This document shows, piece after piece, positions 13,686 through 26,835 of a stretch of DNA of 64,000 bases. The stretch comes from Eledone cirrhosa (taxonomy: Eukaryota), in contig OZ024743.1 of the NCBI GenBank assembly GCA_964016885.1, positions 374,542,001-374,606,000 on the forward strand, written 5' to 3'. A program made the translations under genes and the position numbers. Under the pieces are notes generated by a model. The model worked only from the letters and a program-made list of their open reading frames with translations. It searched no databases and was not told where the DNA came from. Positions within the stretch are counted from its first letter, which is position 1, and each line of letters starts with the position of its first letter.

Positions 13686-14206
13686 ATTGTCATGATCAAA
13701 CCGCCACCCTCCTTCAAAAACGAAGGAGAGGCGGTTTTCCTTTGTGTGATAGCTATGGCGAAAGAGGTTGTATGGTGGACAAGGTTGAAAGGGCTGAGGT
13801 CAGACACCTTTCTCTCCGGCCAACAACTGATTCTTTTTTTCAAATACCACTTTGGAAGAAGAATCAGGATGGAGAGAGAGGCGCTGTACCCCAGCAAGTT
13901 TTATGAAAGGTGGGTGAAAGTGGCGAGAATGGCCCGAGTGAATGGGCCTTCTCTCTATATCAGCCTGTAGGTTGAGGAAAAGGAGGAGGAGAGGAAAGGA
14001 GTACAAGCTCTTCGTACTCCTGGAGATGAGGGTTGCACATTTTTTTTCGGGGGTATGTGTTACCCATATAAACTGTCTCCCTCTATTGGGGAAAATCGAC
14101 TAACTTTTAAATTCCATCTGTGATAACATTTTACACGTTTTTATTGTATGTAAACTTCCCCCTTTGTATTTGTCCCCTTCTTTTGTGCCCCTGTGGCTAA
14201 TAAAGA

Positions 14207-14208
<2 letters not shown>
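13684..14208 (+). mobile_element. Second, short 3' fragment of a related Tx1-clade LINE
   Basis: IKPPPSFKNEGEAVFLCVIAMAKEVVWWTRLKGL...GPSLYISL* parallels 13117-13393. Ends AATAAAGAAA followed by (ATCT)n. Confidence 0.92.
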
Positions 14209-14257
<49 letters not shown>

Positions 14258-14300
14258 ATGTGTGTGTGTGTGTAATATGTGAGTGGGTAATATGAACATA

Positions 14301-14402
14301 TTCAGGACCTTAACGGCTGAGTTCCGGTTGTTTTAACAGTTAGATCCAAACTAGCTGTTGAAATAGCCGGAGCTCAGCCGTCGGGGTCCTGAATATTTTC
14401 AT
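14301..14402 (+). repeat. ~100-nt imperfect hairpin related to family F
   Basis: Arms ATGAACATATTCAGGACC...AACAGTTAG and CTAGCTGTT...GGTCCTGAATATTTTCAT around the loop ATCCAAA. Confidence 0.85.
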
Positions 14403-14426
14403 ATATATATACGCATACACACACAT

Positions 14427-14491
<65 letters not shown>

Positions 14492-15169
14492 CAGAGATAA
14501 ATGGTGGTAAATACAGACTTATACTTACCTGTTATGATAAAAGCATGAGTATTACATAACAGATGACTTGTTTCACAAATAGTTCTTCAGCGAGTGCCAA
14601 CTAACATGTTTTCCCTTTGAAGACCTGTAAATGAAACAAGTCAACTACTTTGTAATACACAATTTTATGTAAAATAAAACTATATGTAATATTAAAACAG
14701 AAACATCAAATTTCGTAATTCCGCACTTCATCTCTTGGATTAAAATAAGAAATATAAAAGAAATAGAGATAATGAGAAGATAAGAAATAAAGGCGGATGA
14801 AAAGTATGGCCTACGTTCTCTGATTTACAATTCATTAAAACACTTATATTTCCTACAATTAGGCACTCATTTAATAACGCAGACAGATCATTTTCCATAC
14901 TTGCGAAAATATTTTTAAAATAGTTTCGTCCATTTTGATTCTTCATATGTTTACAAAAACAGGAATAACTGAAATAAAATATTTGCTACGTTATTATAAG
15001 ACAATATACCTGCCATAACATTATTTTAGTTTCAACGGCTGTTATATTTCTCACATTCTGACATTTTCATTCTCTTCCTTAATATTTTTCTTCTCTTTTA
15101 TTTTGTCTTATTCAATCAATTTTTTACGACCGTTGCATGATTTTCCTTTTCGTTTTCTTTTCACATTTG

Positions 15170-15335
15170 GTATTGGCAGTATCGGTAGAGTGTCGGACGC
15201 CATGCTTTGACGCATAGAGTTACGTCCCTTTCCGAGGTTGACTTTGCCTTTCATCCTTACGGGGTCGATAAAATAAAGTACTAGTAATGCACTGGGTAAT
15301 TGCTGGCCTTGTGCCTAAAGTAGAAACAATTATTT
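15170..15335 (+). mobile_element. SINE family A copy
   Basis: TTGGCAGTATCGGTAGAG head plus the GCCTTTCATCCTTACGGGGTCGATAAAATAAAG core. Confidence 0.82.
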
Positions 15336-15568
15336 CTTCCTCTTTTACCCTCTTTTTAACTCTCTTTATATCAAGGAAAGGAGTGTTGCTAACTGCTAAT
15401 ATTTTCTATAAGTTTACTAACGTATTACAGAGTTACGAATTAACAATGCCTTTTATCTGGCCTTTGTTTCTCTCCCCCCCAATCCCCCTCTCTCTCACTC
15501 ACTCACACACACACACTTTTCACTCTTTATTTCACCATTCTTATCTCTTTACTTTGTTGTTTTCGGCT

Positions 15569-15604
<36 letters not shown>

Positions 15605-15611
15605 AGCCAAA

Positions 15612-15670
<59 letters not shown>

Positions 15671-15882
15671 ATGTATATATATATATTCTAGTCCAGAATT
15701 AGCCGTCAAAACGGCTTGAGCTCTGCCGTCGGGGTCATACTTGTTCCTATATATATATATATATATATACATACACATATACGCATGCGCCCACACACAA
15801 ACAGACACATACACTCACATACATACGCACACGCGCAGATGCACAAACAGACACAGGCACTCACACACACATGCACACGCAC

Positions 15883-15925
<43 letters not shown>

Positions 15926-15939
15926 TTATACCTTTCAAA

Positions 15940-18900
15940 TTTCACTATCTGTTCGCTCTGTTTCCCTAAATCACTTTTATTTATTTTGATTTAATTTTTT
16001 TCAAATATACGTTTGAATAGAAACAAGTTAAAATTTATTTCGGTTATTGTAGAGAAGGTAATGATAGAGAATATAACAGGGGTGGGTTGGTGATAATAGT
16101 GGTGGTGGCGGTCACGGAGAGGTGAGAAAGGTGAGGAATAAAAGGATTGTTTAGGATATACGAAAGTAAAATTCTGGGAAAATTTTTAGGAAAATATTTG
16201 AAAGAACTTGTATTCGTACTCTTACATAGCGATATACATATAAATGTGCGTAATGTATATTGAATAATATACGGGGTGTTGTTTTGTGATGTTTTGTGAA
16301 ATGTTTATAGAAAATTTAAAAAGAAGTTTGGTGAAAATGTTTGGAAGAATTTTGATGAAAGTTTTAAAAAAAATAAATTACGATAATACAAACATTAATT
16401 ATCTGCTAAATACTTCCGGACCGTTAAACTTTCACTTTAATTTATCTTTAAATTCTAATCACCTGCATGGCCTGTTTACACTCTACCACTAAATCCCTTT
16501 TATTTATCTTTTTCAAATGTACTTTTGAATAGAAACAAATTAAAATTTGTTCGGGGAACGTAATGAACGAGATGATAGAGGAGATAATGGAGGTGGTGGT
16601 CAAGTTGAGAAGAAGGAGTAAATGCAGGTTTTGCGAATGTAAAATGTATAAGGTGTAGAAAAAGCATTCATCAAGGTTATCTCAAAACTTTTTCTCCAGT
16701 CTTTTCAAAAGACTTCATCAAAATTTTCAAAATTTTCATCAAAATATTTTTCAAACTCTTTCAAAACTTTTTCAAAACCCTTCATCAAAGATTTCTCAAA
16801 TATTTCTCAGAAATTTTCACAAAACATTCCTCAAAATTGTTTTTAAAACGTTTTAACATTTGTTCAACAATTCAAAAGAATTCCTGAAAAATATTCCAAA
16901 AAATAAAAAGAAAATCATCAAAACTTTATTTGAAATGTTCCTCAAAATGTTTCAAAATTTTTGAACAGTAATTGCTAAATTTCTGGTGAAAGTTTTCAAA
17001 AAACTGCATCAGAATTTCCTTCAAAATCTTTTCAAAGGTTTTCTCAAAAATCTTTAATAAATTTTAAAGATAATTAAAAAAGAATTTTTTGGAAACCCAA
17101 TGTAAACGTTTTTAGAGAATATTTGTTGAACCTTTTTTTTTAAATAGAAACTGTTGAAGAATATTTTGAAAAAAACTTTAGAGAAATTTTGAGGAAAATT
17201 TTCGAAAGAATTGCGAAATAGTTTCGGAAAAGAAAAGAAAAATGTGGGAAAAATTTTAGAAAATTTTTGCTGAGACTGTTTTGGAAATATTTCGATGATC
17301 TTTGAAGAAACTCTTTGGTAAAGTTTTGATGAAAAGTTTGTAAAGTATCTAAAAAGCATTAATTATCTGGTAAATTATTTTGTACCATTACAGACATTTT
17401 ATTTATTTTTCAAAGTTAACCATCTCTCACGTTCTGTTACACTCTCCATAAATCCATTTTATGTTTATTCAAATGCATCTTTCGGTGAGCATAATGGAGG
17501 TGATGATAGACGAGTGAATGGGGATGTGTTGGTTGCCACGGAGAGAGAAGGTAGACAGAGAATGAAACGATTGTTCAGGTTAAGCGAAAGTAGAATTTGC
17601 AACGTATAAAAAAACAACAACCATAAAAATTTCTTAAATATTTTTCTCCAAATATTTCAAAAATCATAAAATTTTTAAAAACGTTTTATCAAAACTTTCT
17701 CCAATTTTATTTCGAAAGCTTTCATTAAAATTCTCCTCCAAGTTTTACTCAAAATTTTTCATAACTCATAATTTCATGAAATATTTTCCTAAAAATTTTC
17801 CAGTTCAAACATTTTCTTCAAAATATTTTTTAAATTTCAAAATGTTTGAAAAAACTCATCTACATTTTATTTTAAAACTTTCTCAAACTTTTTAAAACAT
17901 CTTCAATTTTGTGAAAACTTTGAGAAAAATATTTTAGAAATTTAGTGAAATTATTTTTGAGATTTTTTCAAAAACCTTTTGATATTTTAAAAATACTTTC
18001 ATACCAAATTTTTGCGAAACTTTTTAAAGAAAGTTTTCATGAAAATTATATTTTAAAATATTCAGAAACCTTTTACAGAACGTTTTGACAAAGCTTTTTT
18101 CAATAATTTCGAAAAATATTTTTGATTTAACTTTTTGATTAAAATTTTAAACAAAATTTTAATCTTTTGCAGAAAACATTTGGTGAAATATGTGGGGTGG
18201 GGGTGGGGTGGGATTTTGATTGTTCACCTTATGCGAAAGTAAAACTTCTCAAAGTTACCCATGAAACACGCAATTATTTTTTTAAAGATTCCTCAAGATA
18301 TTCTCAAATTTCTTTCTTCAAAACTTTTCATAGAACTCCAAAATATTCTTCAAAACTCTTCAGAGGTTTCCTACAAAATTTCTCAAACATTTTAGTCAAA
18401 ATTTTCCCAAAATTGCTTCTAAAGATGTTTTTGAAAATTTTTTGAAAATTTTTCTCAAAATTTGTTCTAAATTCAGAAAGTTTCCTGAAAAATATTCCCA
18501 AAAGTTTTGAAAAAAGCATCATAATTTTATTTCAAAATTTTCTCAAAACTTTGCAAGAATTTCATTTTGTAAAAATTTTGTGAACATTTTGAGAAACATT
18601 TGCAAAATATTATTTGAGAAGAATATTTGAAAAATTTGATGAAATTTTTGACAGAATTTCTCGTGAAATGTTTTCGATAATATTTAAAGAAAACTTTTAC
18701 GGATATGTTTTTCAAAAGTTTTGAGGGGTATTTTTGAGGAGTCTTTTTAAATCTTATAAAAATATTTTAAGAAAATATTTTAAAATATTTTGAAGAAGCT
18801 TGTTGACAAAATTTTCAGTTAAATTTTGGAAAACTAATAATCGGTATAAACTATAATATTTTTTAAATAATCCTTTTAACCAAAAGGATTATTTTAAAAA

Positions 18901-19140
18901 TTCGAAAACTATTGAACAAATTTTGTTAATAATTTAGAGAGAATGTTTGTTGCAATACAATAGCAATAGAAAATTTTCAGAAAATTTTTTGGAAAATATT
19001 GAGTAGAATTTTCGAAAATGTATGAGGTGAATAATTGCATAGTTTTTCCGAAAACAGTTTGATGAAATTAAAAAACAAATATTGCAGATAAATGTTGAGG
19101 AGCATTTTAGGAAAGGTTTTGGTGAAATTTTAGTAATATG
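15940..19140. repeat. Degenerate AT-rich satellite-like region made of A/T tracts, with a recurring purine-rich block
   Basis: Dense TTTTGAAAA/TTTTCAAAA-type motifs. A block ending (T/G)A(A/T)GCGAAAGTA(A/G)AA recurs in diverged form near 15950-16175, 16470-16660, 17430-17600 and 18180-18250. Confidence 0.7.
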
Positions 19141-19284
19141 TTTAATAGTATTGCATCTTCAGTTTAAATCATCCTCTTCATTCCATAAAGAATGTTATTG
19201 TTACATTGTTCTTGTTAAAACATGTTCCAGCCGTATAAATATTACAGAGGAAAAAAAGCTTCAATCAGTTTGTTTTAATTTCTC

Positions 19285-19765
19285 ATGAAAATCGAAGTTA
19301 CAGAAGTTCACATACGGCACGTCATATTTTAGGAGTTCAAAAGAGGCAACAGGTGCTGCGAATGCTGTAAAAAATATGCAAAAAGTGTAAAGTGAAAGTG
19401 TTTTGAATATTTATGAGTTCCAGAGACGGTTCAATACATTTTGACAAGGGCACTTTGACTTGAAAGATGGCCACCGCTCTGGGCACTCTGTCTCTTTTTA
19501 AAATGATACGCTGCAATTGAAAATAATACCCATGCTACTGTTACAAGTTAGCAGAAGAGGTTAATTCAACGTCTTCAAGTATCCATTGCCATTTACAAAA
19601 ACTTGGACTGGTATCTAAGCATGAATTGAGTGAAAATAATCGACGAGAACGGGTCAAAATCTGAATTGCTCTTCATTCTCAAGTGTAAGTCTTCATGTTT
19701 AAACTGTCTAATAACCGGTGATAACAACTAGATATTCTATAAGAATGCTAAATGCCGACGGTAGT
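19285..19765 (+). pseudogene. Decayed mariner-family transposase fragment
   Basis: HIRHVIF*EFKRGN, QRRFNTF*QGHFDLKDGHRSG, SIHCHLQKLGLVSK-HELSENNRRERV and LITGDNN*IFY match the mariner HTH, (WVP)HEL and (I/V)TGDE motifs. Stops and frameshifts are present. Confidence 0.85.
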
Positions 19766-19853
19766 GTATACAATCAGGACAAAATCTAATCCAAAACAAG
19801 ATTTATTAAACTATTTGTTAAACTATTTGTCACGCTATTTGTTAAACTATTTG

Positions 19854-20133
19854 TTACGCTATTGTTTTAGCGTAGTGACAGTCTCACTTACTTTAATTTT
19901 CAGCAAACAGGCGGAGTTATTAGCTTTGATAAGCACCAAAAAGTGCGAAACAGAGCTCTGTCAGCTTTATCTCCTCTGCTTGCTGAAAATTAAAGTAAGT
20001 GAGACTGTCACTACTCTAAAACAATAGCGTAAGGTCTTCGAAATGCTTTTAATTAAGCATACAGTGTATTGCAAAATACACTATATATACATTCATATAT
20101 ATATCGCTATTTCAGAGCACCAATTCTAATTTT
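19854..20133 (+). mobile_element. Fold-back hammerhead cassette, diverged relative of the 310-bp array unit
   Basis: 53-bp inverted arms (starting 19854, ending 20032) enclose AGCT-TTGATAA-GCAC-CAAAAA-GTGC-GAAA-CAGAGCTCTG-TC-AGCT (19922-19966; two core mutations). GGTCTTC, two hairpins and ATATCGCTATTTCAGAGCA follow, as in the array unit. Confidence 0.8.
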
Positions 20134-20154
20134 ATATATATATATATATATGAT

Positions 20155-20732
20155 AATACCAATGATAATCAGCAGACTACTGATGATGGACGTTCATGTT
20201 TCTCGGTTTATTTTCATTCATATGTTCATATTCGCAACAACGCAGCACGCCATTTTTCATTCACATTTTTTTCTCGCCTCGTATTTTTTCTACCACCATA
20301 CTGCTATCCTCTTTCTCTCTACCTCTTGCTTTCGTTCACCCCCGCTGCTGGCCACACACTCTCGGCTGGCCTCCTCCTCACACTTTCACTCATTCACTCT
20401 CTGCTACTCCTCCTCTATCACTTCCTCCCATCTGACCTATGTGAAATATTCTTTCCTCTCTCACTTTTCGCGTGGCTCGGACATGTCTGCCTCTTCTCGT
20501 CATTTGATGTGTTCGGACTTAAGTCCGCAAGATTCATTGACTTGTCTCTCTTTTCCTCTCTTTATGTTGCATTACTACCATGTTGTTTGTTTACTTTCCT
20601 CTGTCCCGATAACTTAATTTAGTTATCGCTCGCATTGATTTTAGGTATCTAGTTTTTAATGCGAAGAAATACCAATGATAAACAGCAGACTACTGATGAT
20701 GGACATTCATGTTTCTCGGTCTATTTTCATTT
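20155..20732 (+). repeat. Element bounded by ~60-bp direct repeats about 510 bp apart
   Basis: ATACCAATGATAA(T/A)CAGCAGACTACTGATGATGGAC(G/A)TTCATGTTTCTCGGT(T/C)TATTTTCATT occurs at ~20156 and ~20669, flanked by microsatellites. Confidence 0.75.
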
Positions 20733-20753
20733 TTGTACACCCCCCCCCCCCCC

Positions 20754-20794
<41 letters not shown>

Positions 20795-21493
20795 ATATGA
20801 ATATATATATAAGATTATTTCTATGTGGCACTTGTGAATGACCTTTTAAAATTCCTCATTTTTTAAAAACAAAAATTCTCTCACATTCCAAACAAGAAAA
20901 TACTTCTATTGTTTTATTTCACGTCAGTATTGTTTTTACTTTTCGAGCTCTTGTTAGAGTTAGGAATTTGGCGGAGTCCATTTTCATAATGGGGTACAAA
21001 CATGGTATGAAGTCTTTATCCATAATAGATAATACACATAAAATACTATAATGTTTACTCAGTCTATATGTTTATAGTTTGTATGGCAACTCGTATAAGA
21101 AAGATACATGTTATTTCAAAAACATAATTATCTCATTCTAATTCTCGTGTTGAAGTTGTTTGGATTCTTAATATACCTATGTATCATTATTATTACTTTT
21201 ATTATATTCTTGAAATTCAATTCGAAATTTTATTATTATATGCATGACATCAAGTATTCCCGCACTTAACTGTTTTCGTCACGTCATAAATGTTGAATAT
21301 TAGTGAGACGGAATATATTGATATTGTCTTATTCTAAGCTTTATTTACAAAGCGTGTCATAATTATTTACTTGACTAATTAAGGTATTTCGAAATATACG
21401 CACAAATTGCTACCTTAAATTGAGATGACAAAATTAAGAGGATGTTATAGAGTAATATGATCGTGGTGTATATATATATATATATATATATAA

Positions 21494-21545
<52 letters not shown>

Positions 21546-21695
21546 TGTGTGTGTGTGTGTGTCGTGTGTGTGTGTGTGTGTGTGTGTGTGTTAGAAACCA
21601 CTAATCATAGGAGTACTTGAAAAAGCTTGCTGAACACAAGCCGAAAACCGCTTGGTGTCGCAGTAAGGGTTTTACATATATGCATATATACATAC

Positions 21696-21728
<33 letters not shown>

Positions 21729-21779
21729 AATTTATATATATATATATATAGTATATATATAATATATATAATATATATA

Positions 21780-21841
<62 letters not shown>

Positions 21842-21922
21842 ATATATATGTGTATGTATATAAATATATATATATGTGCATATATATAATATGTGTATAT
21901 ATATATATATACATATATACAT

Positions 21923-24270
21923 ATTTCGTTTCTGAATTTGTTTAGCAAGATTTTTTATCTGAAAACGTGTGTTGAAACCGATATTGTTATACTTTGGGAG
22001 GGTCATGTGCCATAAGAAACACACGCACCAGTTGCTTTCACTTCAATTTATTATAATAAATTTATATATTTAGGAATTTATAAATTTCCGGTTGGTTGGG
22101 TTGGTTGGTTCCACAACCAGATGGTTGTTTATATATTATCAAAGTTCTTTCGTCACACATTCTGTGACCTCTTCAGTGACTGTGGATTCTTATCTTTGTT
22201 TTTGTGCCTCTCCTTTGTTCTGTCCTACGACCATTTTGTTTCTGTGTGTGTGTTGTGTTCTCAGTCTGCGCGTGCGCCACATCCGGGTGTCTGTGTGTGT
22301 TTATATTCGTTTATTTATTTGTTTATTTACATGTTACTGGTTGGTTGTTTGTTCTATGTGCGTGTGTGTTATCATTTTGTCCTTAATTGTAAGTTGTGAT
22401 GTTGCTGTTCCACTCATATATTCTATTTAATTATGGTTGTAATTCTTTTATGTTTATTGCCTCTGTAATTTGTCTAAACATTGCGTCTTTTCTGTGTGTA
22501 GATTCTATTTTTATTTCTATGTTCTCTAATTTACCCTTATGTTCTATTTTAGCATGTTGGTAGAGTACAGATGATTCTATACTATCTTGAAGGTCTCGCC
22601 AGTGTTCATTTATCCGTTCTCCTATACTACGAGCTGTCTCACCTATGTACAGTATATTTTTGTCTCTACATTGTCCTTCAGTACATCTTATGCTATATAC
22701 TACATTTCTAGTTTTACAGTTAATATGGGGGCTTAATTTACAGGTTATACATTTCTTATCTATACAGGGGGGTCTTTGAAAAGGGTGTCTTGCTAATAAG
22801 TGTTTTTACGGAGGTACCTGGTCTTTCTACTATCTTAATATTGAGTTTATGTTTATCTAGGGCCCTTCTAAATTTGTAAGCTAATTCACCTCTAGGGGTT
22901 GTATCGATGAACATTACACTCTGGTATTTATTGCTATAATACCATGAGTTTATTCTATTAGCCTTATTCCTAGTTCTTTCTATTCTATTCCAAAATTTGC
23001 TCCTATACAAGGGGCAGGTCCCATTTGTGTCATTATTTACCATTTTTTCCCATCTGGTTCTGACTTCTCTATACACTCTGATTTTATCTCTCTGATTCTA
23101 ACCAGAGAACTGCATACGGTGGATGAAGTGTTGTATGTGTCTCTCTAGTTCTTCGGGGTTGCACATGCGGGACACGTTTCTCATCACCCGTACCAAATCC
23201 GCAATCAGTATGTTGATTTTGGTATGGTCCGAAACAGCTGAGTTTCGGTGGATCAGATATTTGGAAGTCATGGGTTTGGCATAATGGGAATGGAGGATTT
23301 GTTTTTTGTTATTAATGGTATCTAACCAGAGCTCTGTGTCTAGTACAGGTAATCGATGGTTGGGGTGTTTACTTGGGTAGTCTATAGTAACTCTAATACT
23401 CTGGTGGATGGAGTTAGCTATTTGCTGGATGCTTTCCATTGTGTTTTTCTCTAATTCCTGACTGTTCTCTAGTGGGGGTGTTTTAACTACGATGTTTATA
23501 TCATCAACGTAGCGGGAGTACATTATCAGGGTTAAGGGGTCTTCTAATTGTTCTTTAAGTTTAAGTTTAAGTCTACTGTCCCACCACACCATGAATAAGT
23601 TAGCTATGTCGCCTGCAATGCTAACACCAGTGGTTGCTCCCTAGGAAGTAAGACAGTCTGTAGTTACTAGCAATGTTAGCTCCACAGACTAGCCGTGTTG
23701 GTGGTCCTGTGACAGGGTCACTGCCCGTGTTATGGTCTTTTCGAAGCCCATACAACGCCGGCACGTCATTGTTCCAGGCCTGGAAGTTGTTGGCAGTCCT
23801 TTTGTTGGGCTGAATTATATTCGTCCACATCACCATATGGGCATTGAGGGCTTTTTCTCTATCCTCATGCTCCTGTGGTGTTACCTCTCTTTTGTTAGTG
23901 ATGTGGGGTTGCATTGCCTGGATGTAGTTTGGCAGGCTGTCAACCGACATTCTGCCAGACTTGTCTGTTGGAAAGCATGCTATCTCTCCATTACGCGAGC
24001 GCTGCATGAGCTTACGCAAGCCATTTGCAGATTTTTCTCCCAGTTGTTGGGCCTCCATTCGATTATGCTTCTTGCTATACTGTTCTATAATATTACTAAG
24101 TTCGGATCTAGCTATACTAAATTGTGCTTCTGTTTGTTCATCGACCTGCGACGGCAAATGCGTGCGTTTGTTAAATGGTAAAGTCGTGGCGTGGACTCGT
24201 CGCAGGTCGGACGACTTATCGGAGGGATTATAAAAAGTAGAGTTCCAGGCTGTTGCTTTATGTGTACTAG
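21923..24270 (-). mobile_element. Penelope-like element 2, main copy (5'-truncated, internally deleted RT, GIY-YIG, pLTR with hammerhead at 22138-22180)
   Basis: PTDKSG, PALYGLRKDH, ANLFM, YSRYVDD, LPVLD, HYAKP, then VVYSIRC...YIGETAR and PKLN. The pLTR runs to 21923. Confidence 0.92.
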
Positions 24271-25305
24271 TGTTATTGTATAGGAGCAAATTTTGGAATA
24301 GAATAGAAATAATTAGGAATAAGGCTAATAGAATAAACTCATGGTATGATAGCAATAAATACCAGAGTGTAATGTTCATCGATACAACCCCTAGAGGTGA
24401 ATTAGCTTACAAATTTAGAAGGGCCCTAGATAAACATAAACTCAATATTAAGATAGTAGAAAGACCAGGTATCTCCGTAAAAACACTTATTCACAAGACA
24501 TACCCTTTTCAAAGACCCCCCCCCCCCCCCCCTGTATAGATAAGAAATGTATAACCTGTAAATTAAGCCCCCATATTAACTGTGAAACTAGAAATGTAGT
24601 ATATAGCATAAGATGTACTGAAGGACAATGTAGAGACAAAAATATAGTGTACATAGGTGAGACAGCTCGTAGTGTAGGGGAACGGATAAATGAACACTGG
24701 CGAGACCTTCAAGATAGTAAAGAATCATCTGTACTCTACCAACATGCTAAAATAGAACATAAGGGTAAATTAGAGAACACAGAAATAAAAATAGAATCTA
24801 CACACAGAAAAGACGCAATGTTTAGACAAATCACAGAGGCAATAAACATAAAAGAATTACAACCAAAATTAAATAGAAAACATGAGTGGAACAGCAACAT
24901 CACAACTTACAATTAAGGACAAAATGAAATCACACACACACATAGAACAAACAACCAACCTGTAACATGTAAATAAACAAATAAATAAAAGAATATAAAC
25001 ACACACAGACACCTGGATGTGGCGCATGCGCAGACTGAGCACACAACACACACACAGAAACAAAATGGCGTAGGACAGAACAAAGGAGAGGCACAAAAAC
25101 AAAGAAAAGAATCCCCAGTCACTGAAGAGGTCACAGAATGTGTGACGAAAGAACTTTGATAATATATAAACAACCATCTGGTTGTGGAACCAACCAACCG
25201 ACTGGAAATTTATAAATTCCTAAATTTATAAATTTATTATAATAAATTGAAGTGAAGCAACTGGTGCGTGTGTCTCTTATTGGCAACATGACCCTCCCAA
25301 AGTAT

Positions 25306-25310
<5 letters not shown>
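24270..25310 (+). mobile_element. Inverted partial copy of Penelope-like element 2 (GIY-YIG + pLTR)
   Basis: Near-identical reverse complement of ~21985-23010; reads YIGETARSVGERINEH...PKLNRK. Confidence 0.93.
25118..25160 (+). ncRNA. Minimal type I hammerhead in the Penelope-2 pLTR
   Basis: GTCA-CTGAAGA-GGTCACA-GAATG-TGTGAC-GAAA-GAAC-TT-TGAT. Further copies at 22138-22180 (-), 41622-41664 (-) and 41743-41785 (+). Confidence 0.78.
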
Positions 25311-25355
<45 letters not shown>

Positions 25356-25367
25356 ATATATATCTAT

Positions 25368-25480
<113 letters not shown>

Positions 25481-25821
25481 AATATATATATACATACACA
25501 AATACACACACACATATATATATATGTATATATATAAGAAAATATATGTATAAGAATACACAATAAACAATATCGATCATTACCTCTATGGATACATATA
25601 TATAAAGGATAATATGCTCAAGCATAAAGATGGTATAAAATAGTTTATAATATGGGGTAAAAACCCTTAAAAGACGAAGACAGAAGTTGCCATCGGTTGC
25701 TGTGAGGAACTGAACACCATACCACTTGGATACCGGCTACACGCTTTAACCAATAAGCTAAGGGGCTGTGACAAAACTTTCATCGTCTTTTTATGTGTAT
25801 ATATACCTATATCTATATATG

Positions 25822-25914
<93 letters not shown>

Positions 25915-25994
25915 ATGTGTGTGTGTGTGTATATATATATGTGTGTATATGTATATATATATATATGTATATATATTTATATATATGTATATAC

Positions 25995-26039
<45 letters not shown>

Positions 26040-26049
26040 CATACATATA

Positions 26050-26102
<53 letters not shown>

Positions 26103-26125
26103 GTATATATATTTATATATATGTT

Positions 26126-26199
<74 letters not shown>

Positions 26200-26695
26200 T
26201 ATATATATGTATATATATATATAGTGCAATGGTATGTGTACCTAAATATAGTATTATTATATGGGTAGCGTTAATAAATAGTTTCTTCAGCAACAGTGTA
26301 TGAATACATTCAATAAACATACTTGTTTCCTCTTGGTTGAATCTCAGACGGAAATAACTATGTTCCACGTGATGACAGATGAGCTGTATTCTTTTACATT
26401 CGATGAACAGCCTAAAAGTGAAATCTTACTACTGACTGTCTTTCACTTGTTCCAGATAAACCTCTTATTACTGTAAATAATTGGCCTTTATCCACCACTC
26501 AGCTTGTCTTGCTGTTGTTCATTAGTTTTTGGAGGAAGTTTACTTTCTCTATTTTTTTGTATGTATGTATGTATGTATGTATGTATGTATGTATGTATGT
26601 ATGTATGTATGTATGTATGTATGTATGTATGTATGTATGTATGTATGTATGTATGTATGTATGCATGTATGTATATATGTATATATATATATATT

Positions 26696-26793
<98 letters not shown>

Positions 26794-26835
26794 GAGAGTA
26801 AAACAAAGAATCCTTTAATACATCAAAAGTTTTTA

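Noticed and set aside
19854-20032. First read as a MITE with 53-bp TIRs
   Set aside because: It contains a hammerhead, and homology continues ~100 bp beyond the right arm, matching the ribozyme-cassette family.
20170-20215. CTGATGA in the 60-bp direct repeats as a hammerhead
   Set aside because: No downstream GAAA or closing stems in either copy.
21610-21655. TTGAAAA-AGCTTG..CAAGCC-GAAA hammerhead-like motif
   Set aside because: Two core mismatches and no convincing stems I or III; at best a relic.
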